This document shows positions 52,301-63,229 of a stretch of DNA of 64,000 bases, piece after piece. Under the pieces are notes generated by a model. The model saw only the letters and a program-made list of their open reading frames with translations. It did no database searches and was not told the DNA's origin. The position numbers and the translations under genes were made by a program. Each line of letters begins with the position of its first letter. Within the stretch, counting starts at the first letter, position 1. Origin of the DNA: Octopus sinensis (taxonomy: Eukaryota); assembly GCF_006345805.1 (NCBI RefSeq), contig NC_043025.1:10292001-10356000 (forward strand). The letters run 5' to 3'.

Positions 52301-52893
52301 TTCCTTCTGTTAACTTTATTCTTGAACAAGGAGTCTGTTTGAAATGGTGGATACTCCCCTCTCCATGTGCTCTTTCTGTGGCTTTTTCCAAACGATATGT
52401 CTTGCTGGCACAGACCTTCACCAATCTCCTTGGGTTCTGTTTTCTACATACATACATACATACATACATGCATGAATGTGTGTTCATGAGCCCACACATA
52501 ACTTCAGTTTTGGTTCTTTTACCTTTCATTTAACTTCAATTTTGTTTTTTTCTATAATTTGACTTGGAAACTTCAATCCTTAAAAAAAAAAATGTTTGGG
52601 GAAGTCTTTTAGACTTTTTCACTCATGTTGTTGGATAAAGGTGGTTAAGGAATAAATTTAGCCCCAGGTTACCCTGTATTGAGCTCTGGCTCTCATATCT
52701 TTCATTTACCAAAACCATATATATATTATTATATTATCTATGTTCTACAAGCCAATGGAGGAGTCTTTTGTATGACCACATAACCTGCTTACAAATAGTC
52801 AAAATCTCCCTCAAACCACACTACCCTCTTGAAAAAAAAAAGGTGGGGGGAATCATTTTGATTAGAAAGACTTGTAGCATGGTAAATAAGGTT

Positions 52894-53355
52894 TCATCAT
52901 CATCATTTAGTGTCTGTTGTCCATGCTGGCATGGGTTGGACAGTTTGACTGGGGTTGGTAAGTAAGCAGGAAGGCTGCACCAGACTCCAGTCTGATTTGG
53001 CATGGTTTTCTACAACTGGATGCCCTTCCTAATGCCAACCACTCCGAGAGTGTAATGGGTGCTTTTATGTGCCTCTGGTGTGGGTGCCATTTGTGCGACA
53101 CCAGCAGCTGCCATGATTGCAATTTTGTTTGGCTTAATGGGTCTTCTTCACATACACAACAATGCCAAAGGTCTTGGTCATTGCCTCTGTGAGGCCCAGC
53201 ACTCAAAACGAATTCAGCCACTTTGCCTCAGGTAGGCCCAATGCTCGAAAGGAACTCAACCAATTTAACTCCAAGAGGTCCAACACTCGAAAGTTGCTAT
53301 TTACACACCACCAGCATTGGCCATGACTGCAATTTCACTTGGCTTGATGGGTCTT
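52894..53355 (-). mobile_element. SINE family A, diverged variant
   Basis: (cat)n plus the core ctggatgcccttcctaatgccaaccactcc. Confidence 0.75.
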
Positions 53356-54273
53356 CTGTGAGGCATATACACACACATATATATATATATCTGTATTTGT
53401 AAAAGATTGTGCTAGATCGCGAACAGGTTTGCTGTTTTGCTGCTTTTATTATATCAGAAATGCATGATGTGTGAATGAAAATTGTGTGCCTAAAACAGTC
53501 TCCTATTTCTCCAAATTGAATGAAATACCTGTAATATGCTAGGAAGATCTAGTTTGGCAACATGCTCTTTTCACATGACAATAAAGGGTGTCATGAAGTA
53601 TCTATCGCCTTATTGCAGGTTAGTTCGTCGTGATATAATTCCTGAAAAGTTATTGGGGTAAAATGTTCATGAATGTATTGTACAGTAAACTGTAGGCATA
53701 GGGTCCACAATATTACATTGTAATACATTTATTAATAGTTCCCAAGAAAAATACCAAATTTGGAATATTTTGAAAAGGATTTGTCAAAAACGTGTCATGA
53801 AAGTAAAAGGGTGGTGAATGGCCATTTATCATATCAAGCAGGACCTACATACTGGTTTGGGTGTAAGTCGGAATGTAAAGCATGGTAGTATAAGATGTGT
53901 TTTAGGTGGTAATATCTGCATATTCCACCTGTGACTTCATCTTTGCAGGAGTTCTAAGCACTACGTTTTCTAATATGTCCATTCTTTATTCAAGGCAATT
54001 TGAAGGTTACTTGGTTGTTATTTCTAGAGACCATATAGAAGAGGTTCCTTGATCACACACACACGCACACACTGTGGTAGCTCTCAATTATGTTCCAGGT
54101 TATGGCTAACTACATTCCTTAGATCCTTAAAAATGTTTTAGCCCGAAGGCCGCGGCCATGCTGGGGCACCACCGCTGAGATTAGTATTTAACATCTATGA
54201 CTACTAGGAATTGTAACTCGCGCTGTAAATTCCTCTGGATGGTAATATTATATGGAGTGTATATTTCCCGTAA

Positions 54274-54421
54274 TTATAACAGTAGAGAATATGAAGACTG
54301 ATACATCCTCAAAATTTATTTCCTTTTATTTTACGATGCCATGCAGTATATTTTTATGGTTATGACAAAAGAAAATAAAGTTTTGAGGATGTACCAAGCT
54401 CCATATTCTCTATTGTTATAA
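54274..54421. repeat. Imperfect inverted repeat of about 55 bp
   Basis: ttataacagtagagaatatg..tacatcctcaaaa pairs with ttttgaggatgtac..catattctctattgttataa. Confidence 0.85.
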
Positions 54422-54767
54422 CTATTGCACGTGCAAACACACACACACAGAATCTGGTATTGAATATAATTGCCTTTTAGAAGTTGGTTATTGTTGTCTT
54501 AGTACTTATTTAGCTAAGAGTTTAACCATTGCCATGTTTTTCTGGGCTTTTAAAAAAAATTTTGGCTAAATTGTATTTGGGTTTGTAAATAGTATTTTCT
54601 TTACAATCCTCTCAAATCAAATTTGAAATAATTTTGGGAAAAAGAGTATCTTTAGTAAATCCCCATTGTATAAAATATAGGACTGAATAGTTTTTTCTTT
54701 TTAAAATTTATTTATATGTAAAGGGTATGTTTATACTGTACTAATTTTCAAATTTTCTCTTTCTCAG

Positions 54768-55038
54768 GCTGGTTTGTGCCCACCTTTTCCTACTCAGTGT
54801 TGCGTCTAGCCTCCCAGGCAAAGCCGACCACTTTTGAAACCAGTTCTTCACACAGTTCTAATTACCCCTTCTCCCTTCATTGTCACAAGCCAGGCTAGTT
54901 TAACCCTTCCCTCTCACCACTGTAAACCAGACCATTCCTGGAAGGCCTGATGGCCAGATTCCCCTTGTTGTTTGTAACAGCATTATCTGCGGCTCTCTTT
55001 CTACCACTGTGTTCAAATCTTGTTTTTTTAAACTCCAG
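54768..55038 (+). other. RBM39: Candidate 271-nt poison exon with in-frame TGA at 54835-54837
   Basis: TACTAAT at 54739-54745 and strong acceptor ttttctctttctcag|. The donor CAG|GTTAGC is modest. Confidence 0.35.
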
Positions 55039-55842
55039 GTTAGCCTTGACACAGCAGACCTATGACAAAAGGTGTTCCAGCTGCAATTATTCCATGTTTT
55101 GGTATATTGGGGGCTACATAATACATTGCATACATTATTTTTTTAAGACAGAAGAGCGCGATATCAGAGATTTCACTGCTATTTCTAGCAGGTCGATTGA
55201 TAAGTGTAGTATGGTGTTAGCAATAAAATAGGAGTTAAGAATTAAAACTAGGACCCTGTCTTTTATGGATTAAGGCCAAGCAATCTTTTTTTCTTTTCAG
55301 TTGTAGTTAATATTCTGTGGTTGCAAAGTTGGTAAGTCTTAGCCTTATATGTTCTGAGTTGAAATCCTGCCGAGGTAACCTTTGCCTTTCATCTTTTTTT
55401 GGTTCAGTAAAATGAAGTACCAGTCAAGTACTGGGGGTTCAGTGTAATTGACCCCCCCCCCATCGCCTGAAAAATTGCTGACCTTGTGGCATAATTAGAA
55501 TTATGGCAAAACACTTAACTTTACTGTTCTTCCTCTCCCTATTTAACTCTTAAAAGATGACAGTCCTACACATAAAACTGTCCTGTGTCACCCAATATAG
55601 ACACACTGTAGGGCTTTAGTTCTAGCTGGGTTTTGAACTAGAGGAATTTTGACAGTATGTCTTGATACTTCTGAAGCTCTCATTAAAACTGTTTCAATTT
55701 TTATAAAAAAAAAACCCCCCAAAACACCCCCCACTTCTTAATGCATGGTTAAATCACCATCGTATATTGTTGCTTCTTTGTCTTCCCTCTCTCTTTTGGT
55801 GGTTTTTGCTCTACTAATGGCACCCAAATTCTTGCTTTTCAG

Positions 55843-55902
55843 ACGTCGGAGGAGCCGAAGTTCTAGCCGCAGCCGGAGTACAAGTCCTGTAAAGCACCGA
55901 AG
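55843..55902 (+). CDS. RBM39: RBM39 third coding exon (60 nt, phase 2 to 2); RS domain RRRRSRSSSRSRSTSPVKHR
   Basis: Branch point TACTAAT at 55812-55818, acceptor cttttcag| and donor AAG|GTAGGT. In frame with the upstream exons and gives the expected Arg/Ser-rich sequence. Confidence 0.9.
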
Positions 55903-56517
55903 GTAGGTGAATTTTGTCCTTTTATTGGCTGGCTTTTTGTTGTCTGATATTTGAGTCTGTGTGTGTCACCAGCAAGGTAACCAGATCTCCACCCCCATCT
56001 CTTTTTTTTTTTGTTTTGCTTCATCAACCATGCACACTCTCCTTTTCTCTCTATTTCTCTACTTCTTTCTGAGAGAGGAGAGGAGATTGAGAGAAAACTC
56101 ACGATGTGTATGTGTACATGTGTTGATATATTGTGTGTTTGTTTTCAAAATATCTGTATATTACTTAAATTGATTAGAGGACAAAAATGAAGAATAGGAA
56201 AAAAAAAAGATTTCACTAATTGGTGAATGTTAAGACATTTTGTCTTGTTTGTTTCATTGTCCTCTCAGGTGTAATTCTACCATTTATTATTTTTTTGATA
56301 CAATCTGAATATCATATCGATGCCGTACTAGTATCTACACCGAATTGCCCTGTTCGGTGTATGCATGTATAAAACCATCACACCAAATAATTCGGGCATT
56401 TAAAAAAATTTTTTTTATCAACATTTATTATATGAAAGCTGTACCAGTGTCTATATTGGATTGCTATGTTTGGTATGTGCGGGTGTATGTTCTTATTTAT
56501 TATACATATCACCAACA

Positions 56518-56933
56518 AGGCGGCGAACTGGCAGAAACGTTAGCATGCCGGGCGAAATGCGTAGCCGTATTTCGTCTGCCGTTACGTTCTGGGTTCAAAT
56601 TCCGCTGAGGTCGACTCTGCCTTTCATCCTTTCGGGTTCAATAAATTAAGTACCAGTTACGCACTGGGGTCGATGTAATCGACTTAATCCCTTTGTCTGT
56701 CCTTGTTTGTCCCCTGTGTGTTTAGCCTCTTGTGGGCAGTAAAGAAATAGGTATTTTGTCTGTCTTTACGTTCTGAGTTCAAATTCCGCCGAGGTCGGCT
56801 CTGCCTTTCATCCTTTCGGGGTCGATAAATTAAGTACCAGTTACGCACTGGGGTCGATGTAATCGACTTAATCCGTTTGTCTGTCCTTGTTTGTCCCCTC
56901 TGTGTTTAGCCCCTTGTGGGTAGTAAAGAAATA
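56518..56933 (+). mobile_element. Dimeric SINE family C with a 17-bp TSD
   Basis: A full unit plus a 5'-truncated unit starting about 56751. TSD tatacatatcaccaaca at 56501-56517 and 56934-56950. Confidence 0.9.
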
Positions 56934-57620
56934 TATACATATCACCAACACACCTAGTAATTGATATATAATATTTGTTCCAAATATATTTCTTCTGTGC
57001 ATTATATTTCCTGTTTTCTTGTACTCTTGTAACGAAAGATTATCTAAATTTCTGTTTGAATTGCTTGTTACTTTGCCAAGACCTGTTAACAGTTGCAATG
57101 ATAGTGAGTAGAGAGTGTCTTGATATATGAAAATATGCATTCTCACTGCCAATAAGGTAGATGGGCGTGTATTTGTAATATATATATGTATATATATATA
57201 AATATAATGTGTGTGTGTGTTTATATATAGTATGTTACTATCCACCCCCTTGCTAGAATCTTGAACTTAGAGAATAACCTTCAAAGAAACTGGAAGATTT
57301 TGTGGCTTTCCTTATATGCTAGCTGGCTTCTTGTAAAATACTTTGTCTTCTGGTTATTTAAATACTTTTCTCTATGTGTGTGTGTGTGTGTCTTTCTCTT
57401 GGCTGCTGTGGGTATTTGTAGTTCATTGGTGCAGGTGTGGCTGTGTGATCGAGAAGCTTGCCTCTCAACCATGTAATTTCAGGTTCAGTTGCTTTGCATG
57501 ACACCTTGGACAAGTGTCTTCCACCAATGGCCTTGAGCTAACCAGAGACTTGAAATGGATTTGGTAGACAAACACGGATAGAAGCCTGCTATATGTGTGT
57601 GTATATTGTGTATTTATATA

Positions 57621-57650
<30 letters not shown>

Positions 57651-57651
<1 letters not shown>

Positions 57652-57822
57652 GGCGCAGGAGTGGCTGTGTGGTAAGTAGCTTGGTAACCAACCACATGGT
57701 TCCGGGTTCAGTCCCACTGCGTGGCATCTTGGGCAAGTATCTTCTGCTATAACCCCGGGCCGACCAATGCCATGTGAGTGGATTTGGTAGACAGAAACTG
57801 AAAGAAGCCTGTCGTGTATATG

Positions 57823-57855
<33 letters not shown>

Positions 57856-58073
57856 ATATGTTGTGTGTCTGTGTTTGTCCCCTTACCATTGCTTGACAAC
57901 CAATGCTGGTGTGTTTACGTCCCCGTCACTTAGCGGTTCGGCAAAAGAGACCGATAGAATAAGTACTGGGCTTACAAAAAGAATAAGTCCCGGGGTCGAT
58001 TTGCTTGACTAAAGGCGGTGCTCCAGCATGGCCGAAGTCAAATGACTGAAACAATTAAAAGAGTAAAAGAGTA
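57651..58073 (+). mobile_element. SINE family B, full length
   Basis: Near-identical to 20675-21078. Confidence 0.92.
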
Positions 58074-58869
58074 AATATATATATATATATATATATACAG
58101 TGCATGTATTTATATGTGTGTTTGTGTGTATCCTTATGCAAGTTGTAAATGACCATCAGCATCATAAAGATGCTGTTGCTTGTCTTCAGTCTTCCATGGA
58201 AAACATTTGAGATATTTGGTATAAATATTGAATTTTCCTTTGGAGTAATTTTTTTTTTGTTTCAATATTGTAACTGCTTTCAGCACAGAAATAAGGGCCA
58301 TTGGGGTTAACAAGCAGATTAATAAATCTCAGCATCAATATGTAGGCTCTGTGAAGCCCAAATCTTGTAATTCCCCAATTTTCCTGCTTATTTAATGTGT
58401 TCTATCATTGCATGGCGAGGTCATATACAGGAGTTTCTGAAGAGGATTGAGAAGGTCACGACAGTTAACGTAGATAGCTAACTGCAGCCCTATTGTTGCC
58501 TATGAAGGTCTTTTTTGCCCCGGCCCCCCCAACTATGTAGCACCTTGGGGCCTGAGTCCTGTACTATAACCTCAGGTTGAACAAAGCCTTGTGAGTGGAT
58601 TTTGTAGACAGAAACTGAAAGAAGCTTGTTTGTAGGTGTGTTTTTTTCCCCCCTTGTCTAGACATCATGTGATAGTTGCACATGAGTGTTACTGTCATAC
58701 AAACAGTATCATTCATTTTCAATGTTCTGTGAAAACAAATCGGGTCTTTGGGAAAGATCACCTTACTTGGAAAGAAGTGAGTGTTGGTTATTGGAAGGAA
58801 ATTCGTCCAGAGAAAAATCTGCTTCATTTTATTCCATCTGACCTGTGCAACCAAGGGTAAAAGGATAAA

Positions 58870-59176
58870 GATCCCCTTCAGTCATGGGATTGCACCTAGA
58901 AAGTTCCCCTTCAGGGCACAAGTCTGAATGAGGTCGTTTATGGAACACCAGCAGTCACCCATGCATACCAGCCTCCTCTCCCCATGCCATTGATGTTGTC
59001 CAAGAGAGAAGCAAAGGCCGATACAGTTTGGCACCAGTGACATCACAACTCATTTTTACAGCTGAGTGAACTGGAGTCATGTGAAATAGTGTTGCGCTCA
59101 AGAACACAACACACAGCCTGGTCTGGGAATCGAACTCACCACCTCATGATTGTGAGTCTGATGCTCAAACCACTGT
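58870..59176 (-). mobile_element. tRNA/CORE-like SINE family D
   Basis: Matches 11775-11965; B-box-like gggaatcgaac on the + strand. Confidence 0.7.
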
Positions 59177-59232
59177 GTACAGATGTTATAGCACTTTACC
59201 ACTTTGATTAAGAAAGGAAGCATTGGGTAATG

Positions 59233-59446
59233 TAAGCACCATCCGACCGTGGCTGTTTGCCAGCCTCGTCTGGCACGTAAAAAGCACCCACTACACTCAC
59301 GGAGTGGTTGGCGTTAGGAAGGGCATCCAGCCGTAGAAACATTGCCAGATCAGACTGGGCCTGGTGCAGCCTTCTGGCTTCCCAGACCCCAGTTGAACTG
59401 TCCAACCCATGCTAGCATGGAAAGCGGATGCTAAATGATGATGATG
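59233..59446 (+). mobile_element. SINE family A
   Basis: Family core plus (gat)n tail. Confidence 0.9.
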
Positions 59447-59971
59447 TCCAAAAAGGAGCACTCCACCCATGAGATTGCCAGCATTAGATCATCTTTCCAC
59501 CTAAGGCTAAACTATCATTCTGCCCAAGTGTCTTATTTCTTCTAAAAGATGTGAAAATTCTTATCCTTTACTTATGTAGCTGTGTGTAGGTGAGAGCATA
59601 CTTTTGATTGCTTGTGTAGCAGTTAATCTATAGAGATGCCAGTTAGCTGAAGTTGTATATCAGCTGTGTGCCAAAGCCAATGAGATAGCATATTTCCAAA
59701 ACTCCTTACCTATACTGTTGCTGAGAAAATATCTGCACTGGTGCATGTGTTTGCAGAGATATTCTACTGCAATTGTCTATGATAAAGGAAACACTTCATC
59801 TAATCTGGTGATTGCACATGCGTACACACACACCGATTTTAGAAAGCTAATGTAATTGGGAATAGATTAAATGTATACAACAGCATTTACCAGTTTTGTC
59901 AGCTAAATGAACACCTAAAAGTGAGAAACTTAAGTGACAGTGAATCATCAGCTTAAAAAAGAAAATGTTTG

Positions 59972-60009
<38 letters not shown>

Positions 60010-60028
60010 TATATATATATATATACAC

Positions 60029-60059
<31 letters not shown>

Positions 60060-60400
60060 TATATATATATATACATATATATATGTTAATAAAATAGAAC
60101 ATATGCATATATATAAACATATATGTACGTACCTACCTCTACATGTACATATACACGCATATATGTGTACAGGACACCAAAAAGACGTCGAACACATAGA
60201 CACAAACCAAGGAACAAGACAAGCAAAAAAAAGGGAGAGATACAGGACAATAAGCACAACGAAAAATCCCCTTCTTCAGTCGCTAAGATTTCATCTACTA
60301 AACGTTTCGAAGGATAAAAGCGAGACGTATACTTCGAAGAAAAATTCCTTCCCGCGAAAAGCAAATCAATTAAAATTCTGAGATCTTTTCGCAGATACAC

Positions 60401-60434
<34 letters not shown>

Positions 60435-60588
60435 TGAAAACAAAACAAATTTATAAAATATTTAATTATACTCTTTCATTAACAAAGAATAATCATTAAT
60501 TATATCATGTAATTTACATAATATAACTAATGATTATTCTTTGTTAATGAAAGACAGTGTAATTAAATATATATATATATATGTGTGT

Positions 60589-60878
60589 GGAGGCACAATG
60601 GCCCCGTGGTTAGGGCAGTGGACTCGCGGTTTCGATTCCCAGATCGGGCGTTGTGAGTGTTTATTGAGTGAAAACACCCAAAGCTCCACGAGGTTCCGGT
60701 AGGGGGTGGTGGCGATCCCTGCCGTACTCTTTCGCCGCAACTTTCTCTCACTCTTTCTCCTGTTGGCCTGCCTGCTTAGCCAGTAGGGTGGCATCATTTG
60801 AAGGCTAAAAAAACAATACATTGCGCATTGTGACCAGCGATGTGTAGCAACATCTGATAGCCTGGTCGATCACGTGAT
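60589..60878 (+). mobile_element. tRNA-derived SINE family E with an RTE-type 3' tail
   Basis: A box tggccccgtgg and B box gtttcgattcc. The 3' 50 nt resemble the tail of the RTE at 35329-35380. Flanked by (TA)n. Confidence 0.75.
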
Positions 60879-61506
60879 ATATATATATATATATGTCTCC
60901 TTTGACCTATCCAAGTGTAGAATTTAAACAAATGATATGTGGATTATAAGTTGAGTCCTCGGTCTTCCCACTTAAGACATGGGGAATATACATGGAGTTC
61001 TAAATACTGGTTATTTGTCACATAATTTTACTTTATGTGTTTTATTTTAAAGATTATTTTGTCTGTAACCTCTGTTGTTACCTAGCACCAGATCAGTCCT
61101 TGATCACATAATCTTATGATTAAAATCGGTTCCAGCCATGTACAACATCTTTTCTTTTTAAGATTTGTGGTGTGTGTGTGTAGGGATTATCATTTGAAAG
61201 TGATATGGGTGCTATTTTACCATGGTGCTCTACCATGGCCACAGTCAAATGGCTGAAACAATAGAATAAATAGCTTTTACTTTCGAATTGATTTCTGTGA
61301 TAGGGTAGGAAGCCCTGACGTCTTTTTGAGTTTGGGCGAGTTGTTTAATAACATGATAGAAAAGGAAACTGTGTTGCATTGTCTATTTACAGTATTATAT
61401 GTGCTAGGGTTTGACTGGACATATATTCAAATTGTTCTGGGTTTAATCCCACTGAATGGGATTTGGGGTTAGTGAATTTTATCAAATGACTGAGACCAAC
61501 TGGAAA

Positions 61507-61822
61507 TCATCATCATTTAGCGTCCGTTTTCCATGCTAGCATGGGTTGGACGGTTTAACTGGGGTCTGTGAAGCTGGAAGGCTTCATCAGGCCCAGTCAG
61601 ATTTGGCAGTGTTTCTACGGCTGGATGCCCTTCCTAACACCAACCACTCCGTGAGTGTAGTGGGTGCTTTTTACGTGCCACCTGCACAGGTGCCAGACAG
61701 AGCTGGCAAACGGCCACGAACGGATGGTGTTTTTACGTGCTACCGGCACGGGGGCCAGGCGAGGCTGGCAACGGACACGAGCGGATAGTGCTTTTACGTG
61801 CCAACGGCATGGGGGCCAGGCG
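61507..61822 (-). mobile_element. SINE family A
   Basis: (cat)n, family core and subrepeats. Confidence 0.9.
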
Positions 61823-61888
61823 TGTTTGTGCACAAGTGTGCAGCTCACCTGCCTCCAGCTACAAAAATTTTTGTCCCTCTCAAAACAA

Positions 61889-62108
61889 TATGATGAAGTG
61901 CTGAAAAGTTCCTGACTTTAAGGGTATTGTGAAAGTCTTGGTTGGGAGGCCTAACCTTCCAACTTCTTTTACAGGGCTTAGAAAAATTGAATGACTGCCA
62001 AAATGTATGTGGATCTGAGAGAGGAGAATGTGGAATAAAGTCATAATTAACTGATCCTCTTGTATTTTCTTTTATCCAGAGCCAGGAACTTTTCAGCACC
62101 TCCTCATA
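61889..62108 (+). mobile_element. Mariner-derived MITE
   Basis: TIRs tatgatgaagtgctgaaaagttcctg / caggaacttttcagcacctcctcata with TA ends. The interior resembles a mariner C-terminus (..YVDLRGECG..). Confidence 0.8.
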
Positions 62109-63190
62109 TTTTGTTCATTCCTTGGAGAACATGGGTAGATTTATGCATAAATGTTGGGTTATAGTGGGAGGAAGCTTTAAAGGTTGTTTTGTTAAGAAAT
62201 ATATTATTAAAACATTTGAAGTATGTTTTTTTGTGTATCTATTGTTTGAAACAGTAATCATGGGAGATCCAGTCGGAAGTTATTTAAATCTCAAATTATA
62301 TTTCATCTTGTGAAGTTCTATATATTTTTAATTTAGTTACTAGACTTGCAAATAATCTCGTTATGCTTAAGTTTGAAAGTTGATTGGCCTACTAGAAAGA
62401 AAAGCAGTCTCCCTGAAATAACACCCTGTCATATTAAAAAGTGAAGGATGCTGAGTAATGTAGTCTAAGATGCATATTTCTGAAAGACAAGGAAAAAAAA
62501 AAGTATTGGATGGTCCTTAATGGAAAGTCTTTTCATCATAGGTCTGTTGAATTTAGAGCTGACCTAGATTTAAACAACTTGCCAGCATTTTCTTTCATTG
62601 CTCTGGGTTCAGACCCTCCCATATTTCAGAATCAACCCGACTTTTCATCTTGTTGGTGTGAAAGCAATCCAATATATCGATCTCCCCCTCATCTAGAATT
62701 GTATCTGCCCCCACCTATCTCTAGTCAAAATAACCCAATATATTCCCGCTGCCATCTAGTTAGAGTGAAAGTTATCCAGCCTAACTATTCCACTTCCAAA
62801 TTTTCTGTCAAAACAATTCAACGTACTTAGAAAACTGGTCTTGTGCCTAATCAGTGGAAATTGTTGAAGATATTGATAATCATTGGGGAAAAAAAACAAA
62901 AAAAAAACTAAGCCCCAGGTAAAGTCAGCAATACCAGAACAGCTGTGATACCCCCTGAAGACATTGTCTTGTCTCTTTGTAGGTTTGTTGGACGAGAGTG
63001 GGGGGAGCAATAGAATATTGAATTAGAAGATGTGGGGTGCATATTCTTGCTGAACTACTGTTTACTATGTACAATAATTGATAGCTACAATAATTATTGA
63101 CTATATTATTCTAGCTGTTGTGTTTGAAATAATCTGTTGGAAGGATTAGCTGTTAATTCCCTAATGTGCTGAGCAAGGCTTAGTATCTAA

Positions 63191-63229
<39 letters not shown>

